A stretch of DNA of 64,000 bases from Batkoa obscura (lineage: Eukaryota): positions 744,001 through 808,000 of the forward strand of contig JASVEC010000019.1 of NCBI GenBank assembly GCA_030770535.1. Reading direction: 5' to 3'. How positions within the stretch are numbered: the first letter of the stretch is position 1; each line of letters opens with the position of its first letter. The notes under the pieces were generated by a model, which was not told the DNA's origin, made no database searches, and was given only the letters and a program-made list of their open reading frames with translations. Shown here one piece after another: positions 61,155 through 64,000 of this stretch. Position numbers and translations under genes: made by a program.

Positions 61155-62114
61155 ATGACAGAAGAAGCATCACTGTATACCATTTATTTAGTTTTTCATT
61201 TTTCGCAAGTATTGTCGTTTATTTTTGTAACATTCGCTCTACTTATGGCTTTTACAGTATTTAAGGTCAATGAAAAATTAAACAATAAAATAAACTATAG
61301 GCTTTCAATTTTAGTCTTATGTTCTGATATCATCTTCTTAACATTTCAATTCATCTCAAGATATTCAAATAGTGATGCTGTATGCGTTTTAAGTGCTTGG
61401 GGTGTCGTTTTTTCAACTTTAATCTCAATGTTTTATACTGTAGTTATAGCTGTTAATTTACAAATCACTTTTATACACAAGGCCTATGCCAATCGATATA
61501 CAATATGGGCCTATTATACTTGTCCTGCTTTCTTTGCTCTACTTTTAAGTTTATTACCTGTATTTGTTGGACAAATTGGACTTCATCAAGAAGGAGATAC
61601 TGTAAGTTGTTGGTACAAAGCAGAAACCAGTGGAACAATATGGTCATATACAACCTTTTATGGTTGGATTTTATTTGGAATATTTTACTGTTTCTGCGTT
61701 ATAACAACCATAATAAGCTTACATTACTTAAGACGCTATTATTTCAAAAGTGAATTTGCAAACTCTATAGCTAATGGAAATAATAAAAGCAACACAGCCA
61801 TTTTAAGAGTATTGTTATATCCAGGGGTCCCAGTAGTATGCTATTTTTGTATCATGGTAAAATTATTCTCAGGGATACAGTCAACAGACTTAACTATAGC
61901 TGCTGATTTTTTTCAAAGCTTACAAGGGTTCCTAAATTCTATTATCTTTTTAACCTCACCAACATTTCTACAGGAAATTAGATATTCTAAAGTTAAGTTA
62001 GCCAGGCAATTAAACGCAAAGATCTCGCTATATCCTAATTCTAAGTTCATTACTATCTGGACCTTATTATATACTTATCTAACATTGGATACTGAAATAA
62101 GTCTATCATTTTAA
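61155..62114 (+). CDS. Seven-transmembrane receptor, cAMP-receptor/Git3-like GPCR
   Basis: About seven hydrophobic segments, extracellular Cys pair (AVCV, SCWY), RVLLYP, SLQGFLNSIIF; intronless. Confidence 0.8.
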   Translation: MTEEASLYTIYLVFHFSQVLSFIFVTFALLMAFTVFKVNEKLNNKINYRLSILVLCSDIIFLTFQFISRYSNSDAVCVLSAWGVVFSTLISMFYTVVIAVNLQITFIHKAYANRYTIWAYYTCPAFFALLLSLLPVFVGQIGLHQEGDTVSCWYKAETSGTIWSYTTFYGWILFGIFYCFCVITTIISLHYLRRYYFKSEFANSIANGNNKSNTAILRVLLYPGVPVVCYFCIMVKLFSGIQSTDLTIAADFFQSLQGFLNSIIFLTSPTFLQEIRYSKVKLARQLNAKISLYPNSKFITIWTLLYTYLTLDTEISLSF

Positions 62115-62355
62115 AGTTGTATGTATTTTATAAATTAATTAAATCTTTGTAATAAATGAATGTTCACCATTTTTTAATTTTTTCTATTTAGTAAGCTTAT
62201 TACATTTGATTTGTATAAGTGAATTCCAAAATAACTATTAATTTTTATTTGATAATAAAAAGATTCCTACATACAAGCTCTTAAATCCCGTTAACTGCTA
62301 TTTTCTAATATCAAGGATTAACTTATGAAAACCATACGAATTTAATAAAGTGCTT

Positions 62356-63504
62356 TTATTTAATAAACGTTTTGGTGATAATGCGGAATGCATCAACAGA
62401 GTTGTTAAAATCGGTGCTAGAACCAATAATATCCTGTCTACAGATGGTTCGAGATTACTAGAAGACTAAGAGCATCCACCAGAAGATATATCAGCACCAT
62501 CACTTGCGTTGTTATCTAAATATGCATTAGTGAGTTAATTGAAATCAGTTTCTGAAACAGAAACGCCAAATGAACTTGAGCCATTCTACCTTGAGAAGCT
62601 TGGAACCTAGTGGAAATACCAAAGCTACCATTTCCTGTGATACTGACTGAAATGGATCCATAGCCAGAAGGGCCACCATAGCTACTATCACTTCCATACT
62701 AATAAGTCTATAGTTATTAATCGCACTATCAAAAGAATTTCTGTCAGACAAAGAAGTATAGTCGTATATGCAAATAATATTTCCATCTACATTGGAATTA
62801 GAACCAAATTGTGAAATATCGCTTTGTCAGTCCCATGGTTAATTATAACATAACAGTCGCCTAAGCTGTTGTGTTCTCGAGTTCAGAGAAAATCAATCCC
62901 ATATTCTTATTTTGATTTGTTATGAGAATTTCTAGCTCCATCCAAAAAAACATTATCTTCTCATTTTGATATTTATACTTTTCAGAGTATAAAAGAGTTT
63001 ACAGAGTATAATAGTTCGAGGCTTTTTAACTGAATTATTCCCTGATATCTCGAACATTTAATAAAGCCACTAAGTTTTCTTAATAGTATTTTACATAGAT
63101 TTTACATTAGTATTGTCTATTCTATTTGTCTTATATAGCTTGTAACCTATTACGTGCTATTCCTCATAACCCAAGTCTATCTTAGTCACATAAACTAAGA
63201 CCTTTCGACTTATAGTGTAGTTAACCCAGCAATAGCTGTTCTTGACTCCAAACCCTGAGTACCAGATTTCACAAAATGATGAGTTTGATCCCAAAGGAAG
63301 GCCTCTGGTAGATCTATAAGTTGAATTAGAACCAAGTCCAGCTAATGAACCAAGAGAGAAGTCATACGATTGAAATACCGAAATTGACGCTACCACTAGT
63401 AGAAAATGATCCGATAGCTTGAGATCCAGAGTTTTCTGGAACAGAAACAGTGAAGACAGAAATCAGAGTTAAGATAATCATGAAAGCAATAAATTCAATT
63501 GCAT
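62356..63504 (-). pseudogene. Decayed Gly/Ser-rich secreted protein gene interrupted by a solo LTR
   Basis: Signal-like start (MQLNLLLS / MIILTLISVFTVS); LGSNSS|FGSNSNVDG joins across the LTR; YGSDSSYGGPSGYGS; several frameshifts and stops. Confidence 0.55.
62810..63273 (+). mobile_element. Solo LTR (464-bp long variant), TSD AAAT
   Basis: TGTGAAAT...ATTTCACA, AAAT on both sides. Confidence 0.95.
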
Positions 63505-63689
63505 TACATATTAAATTATATTAGTGACTTTAAACTATGAGTATTATTCTTATGCTTATAGGCTTTAATATCTTAGCCTACTTTGGACCTAGACTTCGTA
63601 GTAAAACACACTCATCTTACCCATAACAATATATTTGTGTTAACGAAACTTACCATGACCTTTTTAGAAATTTTAGTCTATTATATGTG

Positions 63690-64000
63690 GGGGATGCTCG
63701 AATTGGTTCCAGAATTTAGTTAAAATTAATTCAAATCTTAAGTTCTTAAGTTTGTAAGCCCTTAATGTATGATAAAATTTAATTTAAAAGAGTTATTTTA
63801 ATCGTTTTATTTTTTCAAGTGTTTAATAAACATATAGTATATAAGTGTATAGCTATTTAACTTTATTTTTTATTAAAATAAAAATAAAATATAAGCTTTT
63901 ATAATCAGACTCCAAAATATAAGTTTTTGGAATTTTAATACAATAAGGACAAACGCATTATGTAAACATTGTACTTTATTTACATTAATGTTAATTATAA
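63690..64000 (+). mobile_element. Left end of a second Sola-like element, probably extending beyond the window
   Basis: GGGGATGCTCGAATTGGTTCCAGAATTTAGTTAAAATTAATTCAAAT aligns with 34047 onward for about 65 bp; extent beyond that is not established. Confidence 0.65.

Noticed and set aside
63157..63396. 79-aa ORF as a real gene
   Set aside because: Chimera of pseudogene sequence and antisense LTR.

Overview
AT-rich, intron-containing eukaryotic DNA, most likely from an early-diverging fungus (inferred from short GT-AG introns, the gene set and an intronless secreted tyrosinase). Compact housekeeping blocks hold DRG1, an EAF-like factor, an Na+/H+ antiporter, an acyl-CoA dehydrogenase, PEX2, an SCPx-type thiolase, an RFWD3-like protein, ATE1, a long-chain acyl-CoA ligase, DBF4, eIF3a and a GPCR. 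They flank a transposon-rich island at about 16-39 kb. The island contains: (i) a very young intact Ty3/Gypsy element with identical 400-bp LTRs, a -1 frameshift signal and a degenerate dUTPase-like domain, with three solo LTRs of the same family elsewhere in the window (two in the island, one at 62.8 kb); (ii) a 3-kb Sola-like DDD DNA transposon whose transposase is interrupted by a 98-bp MITE resembling its own two ends, with 16 copies of that MITE in the window; (iii) secreted-protein genes, including a perfect inverted pair encoding a small Cys-rich beta/gamma-crystallin-like protein. All calls are by eye; no database searches were run.
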